DNA of 64,000 nucleotides from Negaprion brevirostris (taxonomy: Eukaryota): positions 56,626,681 through 56,690,680 of the forward strand of contig JARDVH010000059.1 in the NCBI GenBank assembly GCA_030324005.1, in the 5' to 3' direction. Made by a program: the position numbers and the translations under genes. Below are positions 51,151 to 64,000 of this stretch, in pieces. The number at the start of each line of letters is the position of its first letter. The stretch's first letter is position 1. The notes beneath the pieces are model-generated. The model searched no databases. It was not told where the DNA came from and was given only the letters and a program-made list of their open reading frames with translations.

Positions 51151-51591
51151 AATAGTGGGAGATAGAGGGATATGGGTCAACTTTAATCTTTTCATCTGAA
51201 CTCTCATCTCTGTATCCAGTTTATGTGGTAACAGTTCTGTTACGGACCACCTCCATTCATGTGCTGCAAAACATAGCTCAGCCTTGATGAAAAGAGACAC
51301 ATGTTGCTGAAAATGTTTATCTTGCATTCATCAGGACAAACCCAAGAACGCCAAATTTTAAACAATCATAACTATTTATATTACAGGGGAGAAGGGTGCT
51401 GATTGGCTAGTAAGTTGACTCTGATTGGCCAAGGCATTACCATGGAGAAAGAAATGAGAACGTGCAGGCTCCCCAAGCTCCCAGGCACCTGATCATTGAA
51501 AGGCAAAGAGTTTCAACAACATGCTAACTAATCAAGTTTCTTTGAACAGTCTTCTTATTGGATGACATACACAATTACTGATAACTTCCCT

Positions 51592-52265
51592 TTTTTTATT
51601 CGTTCATGGGATGTGGGCATGGCTAGCTGGGCCATCACTTATTGCCCATCTCTAATTGTCCCTGAATGGCAGTTAAGAGTCAATCACATTGCTATGACCC
51701 TGGAGTCACATAGAATCCCTACAGTGCAGAAGGAAGCCATTTGGCCCATTGAGTTTGCACGGACCACAATCCTACGCAGGCCTTTTCCCCATAACCCATG
51801 CATTTACCTGAGCTAGTTCTCCTGAGCTAAAGGGCAACTGACATAGCCAGTCCACCTAACCTGAAGTGTAGGAGGAAATCGGAGCACCCAGAGGGAACCC
51901 ATGCAGACACTTGGAGAATGTACAAATTCCACACAGACAGTGACCCAAGGGAATCGAACCCTGGTCCCTGGCACTGTGAGGCAGCAGTGTTAACCACTGT
52001 GCCACCATGCTGCCCCACATATAGGCCAGACCAGGTAAGGACAGCAGATTTCCTTCTCTAAAGACATTACTGAANNNNNNNNNNNNNNNNNNNNNNNNNN
52101 NNNNNNNNNNNNNNNNNNNNNNNNNNNNNNNNNNNNNNTCCAGATTTTTATTGAATTCGAATTTCACCATCTCCCATGGTGAGCTTTGAACCCAGGTCCC
52201 CACAGCATTATCCTACATCTCTAGATTACTAGTTCAGTTATAATACCATTACACCATTGCCTCCC
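51592..52265 (-). mobile_element. tRNA-headed SINE (L2/Daphne-like tail) split by HE1
   Basis: Tail at 51592-51712; body and head at 52016-52265. Rejoins as ctggagtcacatataggccagacc. Confidence 0.85.
51713..52015 (-). mobile_element. HE1 SINE with 6-bp TSD
   Basis: Head, V-core (with a small deletion) and tail; CACATA at 51707-51712 and 52016-52021. Confidence 0.9.
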
Positions 52266-52306
52266 CTTTCTATGCTACAATAGCAAATACACTTTAAAAA
52301 CACTTT

Positions 52307-52433
52307 GGGCAGGATTTTACGGCCTCGCTCATCCCAAAACTGTAAAATCCCACCTGAGGTCAATGGACCTTTCCATTGTTCGCACCTCACCTGCACTGAT
52401 GCCCGTGGCAGGCAGAATGGTAAAATTTTGGCC
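52307..52433 (+). mobile_element. 127-nt Harbinger-type MITE inserted in a DeuSINE tail
   Basis: TIR GGGCAGGATTTTAC / GTAAAATTTTGGCC (11 of 14), TSD TTT. Flanks rejoin as acactttattggctgtaaagcattttgagatatcctgagg. Confidence 0.85.
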
Positions 52434-54414
52434 TTTATTGGCTGTAAAGCATTTTGAGATATCCTGAGGTCATGAAAGGCAGTGTGTGAATGCACACATT
52501 TTATTTTTTGTTGCCCAACCTACTGCAGGATCTTCGGTGTGGCATAAAGGAAAGCAATGGCATTCGAGGGGATTTATTTAACCTACCTTCCCATGTGTAT
52601 GGGACGAATACCTTGGTCCACCCTTGTCTATTATATTTTTCCCTCTCTTGTTCTGAACTGCTCTTCATTGGCTGCAAGGCTGCTGGAGAATCCCCTCATA
52701 ATAATGCTTCTTGCACTTGCCACAGCGGGGAATCATTTTCTATCAGTTATGAGCTAGCCTTTTATTATTGAACACTTTCCAAAGAATCAAGAATTAAAAA
52801 AAGAACAAGAGGCATAATTGCAAATTTGAGTCAATAGGGGGAAAAAAAACAAAGGAAGTTGGATATTTGCACTACCACACTCCCCCAACAAGCAGGCTAT
52901 TGTGTGGTGTGATAGTTGTGGCAGCTGTGCCAACTTAAAGAAATGACAGAATTAAGTTTGGTGCTGCATTAATAAATNNNNNNNNNNNNNNNNCTGTGGC
53001 ACACTGCCAAATAGATTGTGCTGTGACAAAGTACCAATAAAACTATTCATTTGCATTGTGACAAACACATTTTGGAGGGGGATGGATTTCTGTTCTCTTT
53101 TTATGCAAGTACTGCATTACAATCAAGCTTTTCAGATTTGCCCTGTCAACCTTAAAAATATACATATGTTTCCATTCCTGTGACACTTACAAAATACACT
53201 AATGTATGTTGATGTTGATTGTAGAGTAGAAACTGAGAGGTTTATTTAAAGTTTAATTCCCAATATGTAAAGCCATCTTTGTATTGATTTTGGTGTGAGA
53301 TTACAATCTAAATTCCAGGGAGAGTAAGTGAAACATATCTTGACCCGACAGATAAATGTTTCTGAGTCCCTGTTGGTACATCCATTCGCTTCAACTAAAC
53401 ATTATTCCAAATCAACTATTCAGCAGTATGATGTTAAACAATAAGTTTAAAAAATTACTAATGCAGAACTGAGATGAAGCTCCATGTGCCTAATACTTCA
53501 ATAATGAGTTGGAAATTCTTTTTTAATAGAGGGGAATTACATGTTTCTACCAATCATCTTGTTGGATGAATATTATACAAAGAAACTGACATTTTGGAAG
53601 TTTGTTATGCTGAAACATAATCAACTTGAAACTAATTGTACCAGCCCAACTCATGAAAAACAAACTGGTCCCTCTTTTAAGTGGAATACCTATCATTTTC
53701 AAAAATTTCCTGTGAAACACACTTCTTATTGAACACATTTCAGTTTCAAACTACCTTTAAGTCCCAGTGTTTTAGGATGGTATAGTAGTCCTGTTTTTAT
53801 TGCAACAATTATTATAATGCCATCCAGTTATTAAGTGCAGTTGTGGCCGAGACTGAGAATAAAGCTGCTGGATTTTTTTTTCAGCTCCTAGTGGCTTAAG
53901 GGGAAATATTTCTGGCTTAATTGTCATCTGACACATATATATGAAATAAAATTGGCTTTCCAGATACAGGGGTTATTATATGGCACTGTTACCTGACCAC
54001 AGCATATATATTTTCTTTTAGAAAATTACTATATGTGGCTCAGCATCTTGTCACTAAAATTCTGGTCTCAGTAAAAATGTATGCCAATAATTGACACATC
54101 AGAAGATTACAGCAGGATTTTGCATTAAACCTTGTCCACATATGTTCTCAAGTGTATTGTAATACTCTTTATCGTTAAAGAGCTGGAATTGACTGCCCTT
54201 CCCTATGTTAAATTTCAGTTTTAGGTCTGGGGCAGGAAGACTCCTTGATGGCCTTCCCACCTAACTATCATGTGAGACCATTAAGTGGGCAATTAATGTC
54301 CACCACCATTGATAATTAGCTAAGGGTGGGCATGAGATTTGCCTTGAGTGAAATCTAAAAAGCAAACCCTAAGTTTTGCAAACTCTAGTCCCCTAAGAGG
54401 TGCAAAGTCCCTAG

Positions 54415-54760
54415 AAGGACAGGAAAGGTGAGTGGCAGAGCATTTTCACCTGCCAAGATCCACACTTTGACTTTCCCAGCACCCTCTTGCATAGCACTCA
54501 TCACACCAATGCACTCCGAAGCTCCATTCATTCCTCTCTCTCCAGGGACCTCCTCACATCCTCATTTGAAAAGCCATCTTTTACATTCATCCTCATCTTT
54601 GCGGCTCACAGTCGCGCTCTGCAAAAGTTGTTTTTCCCTCATTGCCACACAATTCATTTCTCACAATCACAACTTTCTGCTTTCACTCCTTGCAGGAGAG
54701 GAGAGTGCACAACACTTGGGAGAGACAGAGAATGAAGTGGGAAGAACTCCAGTGATATCT
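54415..54760 (+). pseudogene. Harbinger Myb/SANT gene remnant (intron plus flanking codons)
   Basis: RTGK|gtgagt at 54428 … ccttgcag| at 54695, then ERRVHNTWERQR, paralleling the second exon at 9148. Confidence 0.45.
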
Positions 54761-57700
54761 ACCTTGAAAGCCACTGGCCAATTTGATAGCTCACTGGTCC
54801 ACTGGGAACAGAGACCTTGTTCCAGGAGACTGCAGATGTCAGAAGCAAGCTGCTGTAAAAGTCTGAGCCTCCTGAGGCATTGGTGCTCACATATATTGCA
54901 AGACTTGATCCTCTGCTAAATGACCATCTACTGGTGATCACACCTGCTACAAGATGCATCTCTTAATGTCTTCTCCGCTATGAAGTAGCACATAGCTAAG
55001 GAGAAAGCCTCTGTTGCTATTGCTAGTGTTGCTCCTGCTCATCTTGATGTTGGTGTTATTGCCTATCTTGTATCTCATCATAGACGCAAGGTACAGCTGC
55101 ATATGTTACCCTTATGCTGTTAGTGAAGAATGGCAGCAAGAAAATGCGAATTAAAACAAGCCTGCTCCAAGACCGGTAAACTGACTTCCAAGAAGTTCCA
55201 AACCACCTGTCAAACAGTTAGACCATACTGTCAGAAGAAGTGTTGTGATCACTAGCCTCTCATTTAGGCATGGCTGCAGTTATCCAGTTTCCCTCTTTGA
55301 AGGCTTCCCACCTTTTCAGTTTTACTGAAGAAGCACAGCCTGCTGCCCTCTCATTAAGTTGACCCTGGTGGGTTCCACAAATCTTATCATGGGCAGGATC
55401 ATGTGAGGCTCCCAACTTGACACCATTTCTCAAGGTTTTAACCCCCCCCCCCCTCCCTCCATACATACCTGCCCCTTTGACAGTTAATTTCAGTCCAATA
55501 TTTTCTTTCAGCAATTATTTTGAACTCATAAATTTACGCTCGTGCTCAGATTTTTCTTCAGTCTAAGTGGCTGCAAATCCAGTTCGCTGACTGGAGGGTA
55601 TGGGATGTGAGACTACAATAACTAACTTGTCATGTGTTCAACAAGCATGTTGACAGAGCAATTCCAAAGCCCCAGGAACCTATGATGTAGCATGATTAAT
55701 GGTACACTTCACATACACCACAGCTTCCATGGACATTCACAATATATAAAAATACCAACTCCAAAGCTGCACCATTCAAATGGGGCAAACTTCAAGAAAC
55801 CCCTGTTTCTTTCCATATTTTACTTTATTACTATAGAATGTGTAGTCATTTATGGATTGCCATGATCTGAACACAAGAAGTGATGTGTCAGTAGTACAGG
55901 TGTTCATACTAATGTGGCCACAGGCATGGCGTGTCAGAGCTGCTGAAGATTGTATTATGAATAATTTAAGATATAGTCCTTTGTCATCATCCCTCCACAA
56001 GAGAGCAACTTTACAATTACAAAACAATTATAGGGAGTACAAATATGTTTGATTTTGCTATATGACAACACTTTCCAAAGGAAAGCTTTTCAAACTTATT
56101 TAGAGTTAAATCCCTATAAACGTGGATTTTTTCTAATGAATTGTTGCAGCAACCTTAGCAAAGTTTGTGATGCAGTATTATTGGGCCAGATGACAATAGA
56201 TAAATGAGATCATGGACCGTGCCTTGAAAACTAAAGCTAAAGCCAATTTAACAAAAAAGCCCTTTGGGATACTTTTCAGATTCTGTTCTTAATATGAAAA
56301 ATGATCAAAAAGTGGGGAATATCACTCAAGAACGCAATTGGAGAAATTTTCAAATCTCTTTTTCACACTTTCATTCTGTACACCTTTAAAACTGAACATG
56401 GAAGAAAGCTACACGGTGAAATAAAAATTAAGAATGCTTTAATAATATTTTAATAAAAAGCACACAGACACACTAAGCAAAAAACAGTGTTGGAAGCATT
56501 TTAACTCTGCATTGCTGGTCAATTTACAATCTTCCATCTGAGTTTAAATTCTATTGATATTTAATTTGATGGGCTCCTATGGTATCCAGTTGCTCACCAG
56601 AAAATTCAACTATTTGTTAAACTAACCAGTTAAATGAATTAGCAACCATGTAGGCTACTCTCTTAGCTGAGTTCCCATTTCTATTTTCCCTCTTGCTTTG
56701 AAGTAATTTGTTATTGAAAATTAGGTTCCTCGATGTATGGATAGTATATCAAGATGCCATCATGCACGTTGCACAATACTTGTACTGTCCATGATGCACT
56801 CAAGTCATGCTCCTGCTGTTNNNNNNNNNNTAATTTATGATTTTTAAAGAGATAATTGCTTATTATTAATTCACCAACTTGACAAAACCCACAAACTCAA
56901 ATGCTGCCTAACTATAGAACACGTAAGTTCATGCTCTTGTTAATGAATACGTCACTAAATAAATACCACTAATGCAATGTTAAAAATACCAACTTTTTGG
57001 TAGCGTGGCATTCCAAGGTTGCAGACGCATAGTACTGACACACAGCACATCACAGAAGGAAATCCAAGCCCAAGCTCCCATCTCAGCCACTCTATCTGGA
57101 ATGAAGGTTAGCTATACTAACATATACATTACACAGAGTCCATGGAATTTAGTTATGAGGAAAGCCAACAGATAATGTAGCTGCGTCGATGTAATTAATA
57201 CTCAAATTCCCCATGTTGACAAATTAGCATAAAGATAACAACATAAGAGACGTCATCTGCTAAAGTGCAATTTTGGGTACTTTTTCATAACGGTATTTCT
57301 CAGAGGATTGTTTTCAATTTATTCAGTACTCCACTAGTTCTCAGGGGAAAGTGTCATCCTGACGCTCATAGCTTCTGCACAGCAACCAGAACGTTTATTG
57401 TCAAAAGCATCAGCACTCTGCTCTAACCCCATCTGCTGCCTTTTTCGTCCCTGGGGATGGAAAGTTCAGAGTACAATCATGAGATTCGCTGACATGATAT
57501 TAGTGAGTGAAAATAAACTAACAAGTATTGTCATTTTCAGGGAACTTACTGATTCCTTCAACTTTTTAAAATTGAAAGTGTACATTGAAATAATATTTTC
57601 TTTGGTATTAGTTTAAGCTTACAATTAATTATTCACCATTCATAGGTTAGTTTATACTTATCTTTTTCCTTTGGATTTTGTAATTAAGGATTCATATAAA

Positions 57701-57789
57701 GCACATCTTAAATCCAGAACCATCATTCAAAATATACAATAACACATTACTTGTTCAAGTGATTCTTGAAGTTGCCCAAGCATTTAAAA

Positions 57790-58205
57790 GAAAACCCATT
57801 TACATTGTGCCTTTCATCACTTCGGGAATTACAGTCAATAAAGAACTTTTGAAGTATAGTTACATTGTAAAGCAGGAAACATAACAATCAATTTGAGTAT
57901 AGCAAGCTTCCACAAACAGTAACGAGATACTTGGCTAGTTATTCTGTTTTTTCTGATGTAACTTGAGTGCTGAATGTTTGCCCGGATACTTAGAAAACTC
58001 TTCTATTCTTCTTTGAAAAATGTCAAGGTAGAATGGTCGAGAGTCTCATTTAACAAAATTAATTCAGGAGACAGCACTTTCAACAGTGCAGTGCCATCTC
58101 AGTACTGTACTAAAGGACCAATCAAAATTAAGCCCTGAAGTCTCGTGAAGGGCTTGAACTAACAACCTTCTCACTCAGAAGCACAAAAGTGTTATCACTG
58201 AACCA
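57790..58205 (-). mobile_element. Near full-length old DeuSINE
   Basis: tRNA-like head (rc tggttcagtgataacact…ttagttcaagccc), Deu domain (rc gcactgcactgttgaaagtgctgtct) and tail, collinear with 2508-2850. Confidence 0.7.
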
Positions 58206-61200
58206 AATCTGACAGCAAAAAATATTGTTAGTGAATTGATATTGAATGTACTTATGTAAAATTCCTAATTCTGTCATTTTAATGTTAGCACATCCATTAA
58301 GAATTGGAGGAAATAATTTGTTAAGTTTACCTTAAATATTTGTGCCTTAACATTCCTGACAGTAATATTCAGTCTCTTATACAATTATTACTGAGGATTT
58401 GTTTCTGAAATGATGAGTATGGTATTTATACCAATTCTGTCAATTCCATGTAAATGATATACACACACACCTGCCAGTCACTGAGCATGCAAATGAAGAA
58501 CATGCACTGGGAAACACATCTAAAACTGCGATCGATGCTGGTACCATGATTTTGCAGGAGGTTGAAGAAGATCTTTGCCCTATGTTATATCATCTGATTT
58601 ATCCCCCTTGTTCACCAGAAAACTAAAAAGAAACATCTGTGTAGATAAGTTCAACAGAACCACACATTGCATTGTCCATATGCAAATTGAAATCTGATCC
58701 TAAATTTAAGTATTGTTTTATGAATGTAATGCACTGTCTGTTTCTGATGGAGCAGATTAATGCATCACCCCTTCCCTTGTTTCAAAAGCAAAACAGTACA
58801 GGGATCATGTACCTTTCCCACTTCATCTGCACTAATGCGCTACAGCAGTACATGGCAAAATGACAGCTTCATAATATTTTGCTCTTATTGTAGCTAAAGA
58901 TTTGGGGAATTTTTACTTTGTCAGATAGTGTAAAATGGGTGATGGTGAATCACCAACCAGCTTTATATCTTTCCCAATTCTTCTTCTCCACTGACTGAAT
59001 TTGACTATCTCACAAAGTTAACTCCATTCGGTACTTTGACAAAAATAACCAATCAAGTGGATGAAACACACATCATTATTGATACAACTGCAACCTAACA
59101 ATCCAAGGACTATGGTGGAAGACAATCATAAAATTGCAGAAGTTGCAGATAGTAATTTTTTTGAAAGGATAGCATGAATCACAAAATGTCCAACTGCTCT
59201 TTCCGTTTCATTATATATCTGTATTGAAATTTTATTAAAACATCGGCAACAGAAGATAGGTGAAAAGCTTCTATTTTAAAAATGAGAAAGAACTTGAGCA
59301 CTAAGAGATATTTTATTCCACGAATATGTGGCATACCTTTAATTCAATTAATTATTTTTATTACTTGCACAAATATGACAGAATGGAAATATCAAAAACA
59401 CAATGTTCTAAATATTTTCATTTCTTGGTTCCAGTACCATTAGGGAATAAGTTTTTTTTGGGAGTGAATTTTGGATAATTGCATGAAATGTTATTATAGA
59501 GACAAAGATTAAATATTGTTAATACAGCTTGTAAAGATCACATTTTCTTCCCTATCCAAATTACAATGCATATATATTTCCATCATTAACATTTCTAACT
59601 GTTTAAAATCTCAGTCTAGAGTATTTTTTATTATGCAAATGTTGGATTCTACAAAAGGCAGTTAATTGGACATCAAATTCCTGAAATATCCCATAATTAA
59701 ATGTAAACATAAATTTCAAACTATCAAAAGCACTTAATAGTGTTTGAGTTACTCCCTCAGTGAGCAGAACAGTAGTGTGCAAAGGTGAATGGCTTTCACT
59801 ATTAATCAGTTTACATATAAATACTATTGTGTTACAGAGACAACATAGCCTTGTAATGTCCATTGGACCAGGATTTCTGTATAATACCTACTATGGTCCC
59901 ATTTCTTCTGCACAACTGCACAAGTAGGATATGAAGATGGCTTTAAGAAAGACTAGATTTTCAACCTGCACTTTTATTTATTGATACTGAACCATTGCTT
60001 ATATGTTTCTGTGCATGGCTACTGTCTTCTCGCAATTTATTTAAAAACATCATACAACTTACGGTAACCAGCAATGCTTTGATTGATCTTAAATGAATCC
60101 AATGGCTATTTGTGCATTGAGAGAAGTAATGTAATGACTTTTGATTTAATATTTCATACCTCTTCAAGGACAAATATGCTAAATGATAAAAGGACTAAAC
60201 TTTTCTGTGAATCCTTCAAAGCTCAGGGCAACAGCAGTCACAATATAGTTTTCTGCACATCATATACCAGCTCTAACAAAGACATTCATTTCCAGGCTGT
60301 CATTTATCTGTTTGACAATCTGTTTGTTTTAAAGGATATCAATTTTGGGTTTTGACGGACAATGTCTTGTATACTGCAAGCTCCAAAGGATATTCAGAAC
60401 TCCAATGGTTAATGCAAATGGATTTATGATAAGCTTCAGGCCAGTTGTCCCCTCATTTATTAGCCCAGCTGATAGAAGAGATTTGATGAGGCACTTCTGG
60501 CATAATTGAGTCATCACACAAAGAAGCCTGCTAGCATTCAGAGTGTTTTTTATCAGCAGCAAACAGGCCTGATTACTGACAATTACACTCTGATCCGTGA
60601 GGTAAGAAAGAGTAGGCAAAAGAGTGGGAAATCTCCACATGTTTATACCCAAGCATAATTTTTACATTCATTTCACATACTGCATGTTTTCCATACAAAC
60701 ATAGTAAACTGTAAACAGCAGTAGATGGTACAATTTACCTCACCATCACATTGTAATGAATGCATCAGTGGCCATCTGTAAGTTGAATTGAAATGCAACA
60801 ACCAGCAGGGCAAGCATTTCAAACTGTTTGCTAGATTACAAACTAACATGCAGAAAAAAATAGCAAATGCTGACCTNNNNNNNNNNCGTTTTGCTATATG
60901 TTATAATCAACTAAAAGTCACAAAAATCAATCACTATATTGAACACGTTTTTCGAAGGAAATCATGTAATAACAATAATGTTTTGGTGGGTGTAAGCATA
61001 AATTATAGTTACCAACTTTCAATCTATGAAACAAATGAATACTCTAGTTCGGACAACCGATGTTGTTGTTGTTAGAGAAAGCTACATAGTTCCATTTTAG
61101 TAATGTTCCAACTAATGCTTAAATAATGACAAAGCTCTGTATTATGGCATGAATACAAACAAGAACAAATTATTTTCCAATTACATTCCAGATGAAGACA

Positions 61201-62897
61201 CCAGAAGTAATACTATTACATAAAATACTTAAAAAGTGTAACATATGTCCATCTCCTCTGTATTGGAGTATATCAACTAACTGATACTTGTAGGTGAGCC
61301 CAATGATATAACAAAGTAACTTTGGATGGTGTGGCACAATGCATTTATCTGTGCAAATACAAGACAGGGAAAGTAGAAAGGGACAATGTGGGAAGTTTGA
61401 GTCATGAGTTATCACTTCTGAATTAAGCAAAGGTTAAATTTACAGTGACTCATATTTCTATTGGCAAAACCTCATCCTTACGCATATTGCTGGTGATTCT
61501 ACTAATGGCTTTTAGGCCCATTGTGCCAGAGAAAGTATTTCATTCCGTGATGCAATGCAGAAATATGTGGCACAGAATTAATATTTAAATCCTAATTTAA
61601 ATATTTTCTGCTGTATTTCTGTGCCACTGCTGATATTACTGTGCTGAATGAGCAATCACACATGATAATGGAAGTTAAAGCGGTATGAATGCCATTTAGG
61701 ACCCCTGCCTTGCGAAGAACTGGGGTCCTGGCAAAATTTGAAAAAAATAAATAAATTGGGCAGTAAAATCAGAGAAATGGCAGCATTGTGCCATTGCCTC
61801 CAAGGTTACTTTATTGCCATTGCTGGGCCTACAGAGAGAAAAAAAATCAGCTATTTGATACACTCCATTAAAGGAGGGATTACCTGTCCAACTTCTCCAC
61901 AGGGGAACTGAGGCAAAATCCTGCCCTGCCAGTAATTGTGGATGGGATCGGGAAAGAGGATATGAAAATAGGCCATTGTGTTTGTGTTCCGGTAAATAGA
62001 ATTAACACCACATGTAATAGTACAAATCAAAGGAGTAAAATCTCACTATATGTTTGTTGCAAATATCTCCCCATTGTCTGAAGCTGGTTTTAATATTTTG
62101 CATTAAGTGTAATCAATGATTATTTTGTGCTTGGGTGACAAAGAATAGACATGAATCAGAAAGTCATACTTAGGGATCAACCAGTGCCTTACAAAGGTCG
62201 GAGAGAGATTTGCATAAAATGCAATTGCACTAAATAACAACAAGGTACATATTTCAATGAATGACCCTTAGCTTTCTGTTATGGTCAATGAAAAAAGTGC
62301 TTGAAAAGTACTTTGCTTTAAATGTTAAAAATACAGCGGTGTAAGCCTTATTCAAAGGGGAGGATTGTTCATATTGTATCTCATTATTTTCTAATACAGT
62401 TACATTTTTTCTAAGTACTGTTACAAAGATTCTCTTGTAACCTGTTGACAAATAGGTGACTGGCACTGAGTTTGAAGACAACAACTCAGTTTGGTGCCTC
62501 AGATGATCTAAATGATAAAACTTGTGCAATTTGCCATCGATCAAACCCCAAACCTATGTGATGGACTTAAAGCTACTAAGAGCTTGTTATCATTCTCATT
62601 TTAAGAAACGGTGCATGTTCTGTTTGAAATAAATATCCTTCAGACCTTTGTTGTGATTCACTGAATGCACGATTGAGGTAAACGTGACAGGACATAGATG
62701 GCAAGTTTATATCAATGATAGTGTTGTAGGGCCTAAAGGCACACATTACAAAGTAAGCACTAAAAATATTTTTAACATGCGTTTTGCAAGTTAAATTTCC
62801 CTCCATTACAACCCTGACTAACTGCAAATATACTTAATTGGCTGTGAAATATTTGGAATGACATATGGTCAAGGAAGACGCTGTACCAGTCCTTTAC

Positions 62898-63014
62898 CTT
62901 TCTCATTCTGATATCTAACTCAGTAAAGAAAGAATGATATAAGTTGATGTTCTGAGAAGTTCCTTCACCTTTTAACAGAATGGCTCTCAAAAAGGTGAGT
63001 AGTAGAGTGTATTG
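62898..63014 (-). other. Candidate upstream (5'-UTR) exon, 117 nt
   Basis: Branch-like tctgac, then tttatataacttctttaattag acceptor; donor AAG|gtaaag. Unique sequence, supported by splice signals only. Confidence 0.35.
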
Positions 63015-63804
63015 CTAATTAAAGAAGTTATATAAAGTCAGACTTATTAGATTCTTCTGTTCTTTTGATGAAGAGGGGTGGATGGAGCTGAGATTTTTTA
63101 AATTCTTTTTTTAACCCCAATAAATAGACATTAATTAATGTTTATAATGTTGCTGCCTTTGACTGCACATTTCAAAATTACTGGCAGGATTGTTTGGTCC
63201 TTAGAAAATGTTCTCATCAGGCAGTTTAGGTCAAAAGGAAAACTTTTATATTTAAATCATTCCATTACCCATCATATTGGTGGCCTATGGAAATTTCAAA
63301 AGTTTTTTTCTCCACCGCAAATTCTACCCCAATCTCAGGTCAGCTGCAAGAAATTCATGGAGCCTGATTCTCCGACCCCCTCAGATAGCCAGTGGAAATC
63401 CTAATGCTCAAGCAAATGGGGCATCGGTCAAAAGTCTGGATTGCTGACCAGCGTAATGGCTCTCAGGATTCACCTGACCTGCCCTGCTGACCCCAATCAG
63501 GTTTCCACCCAGAGCAGATAATTATGTAAACCCACTAATTTGAATGTAATTAATGGGTTTGACTGGCCAGCTTCCCTCCATTCACCCGGCCCACCAGAGG
63601 GGCTCAAAAGTTTGGCCCAGTGGCCATTTACTTCTGCCAGGCTGCAGAGGAAGGGTCTCTCAATAACCCCAGGCGCTGGCTGGGCACAGGCTGTGAACAT
63701 GGTGTGACCTCGCTACGCTCTGCCGGAATTGGGGTGTCACAGCTGGATTGCCCCTTGTAGCCCTGGCAGTCCTGAAGATTATCCCTGTCATGGTGATTTC
63801 ATGA

Positions 63805-64000
63805 TGTGGAGATGGTGGCGTTGGACTGGGGTGGGCAAAGTAAGAAGATTCACAACACCAGGTTAAAGTCCAATAGGTTTATTGATGGCACAAGCTTTTG
63901 GAGTGTTCCTCCTCCTGCTTCAGGTGAGGAAGGAGGAGCACTCCGAAAGCTTGTGCTACCAAATAAACATGCTGGACTTTAACCTGGCATTGTGAAACTT
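63805..64000. mobile_element. Second Penelope-type palindromic element (runs off the window)
   Basis: Same leader gtggagatg…gcgttgg.ctgg as 42374; inverted arms at 63845-63913 and 63931-64000; centre shortened. Confidence 0.8.

Noticed and set aside
54428-54919. 163-aa ORF starting at GTG
   Set aside because: The GTG is the gtgagt donor of a Harbinger-gene intron; the ORF is translated intron sequence.
58465-58625. Open frames on both strands with a possible donor
   Set aside because: The strong acceptor leads to stops in all frames; no homology recognised.
62254-62544. 96-aa minus-strand ORF in AT-rich DNA
   Set aside because: No recognisable homology, and it lies upstream of the host ATG with no convincing donor; treated as chance.

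Overview
Vertebrate genomic DNA with many N gaps, almost certainly from a shark or ray: it carries HE1/V-SINEs, DeuSINEs and CR1/HER1-type LINEs. The window lies inside the 5' part of a minus-strand MYT1-family C2HC zinc-finger gene, most likely ST18. The first coding exon is at 44339-44393 (MDADSEEKRLRTRSKGSR) and a 31-nt second coding exon is at 25325-25355 (VPVEPVAQELS). A probable 5'-UTR exon lies at 46202-46308 and a weaker upstream candidate at 62898-63014. None of these exons appear in the supplied ORF track, whose entries are almost all TE remnants or noise. The introns hold decayed and often nested TEs: CR1, an L2/Daphne-like LINE, Rex1/Babar, a Gypsy element, PIF/Harbinger gene remnants with their MITEs, and Penelope-type ends. 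They alternate with repeat-free AT-rich blocks that look like conserved non-coding elements. The most notable observations are (1) a LINE that appears to begin with the same tRNA-like head as an abundant SINE, (2) palindromic Penelope-type inserts with back-to-back minimal hammerhead ribozymes, (3) SINE families with swapped 3' tails, and (4) a possible uORF versus N-terminal-extension switch in the host 5' UTR. Family assignments rest on motif recognition from memory, not database searches, and TE boundaries are approximate.
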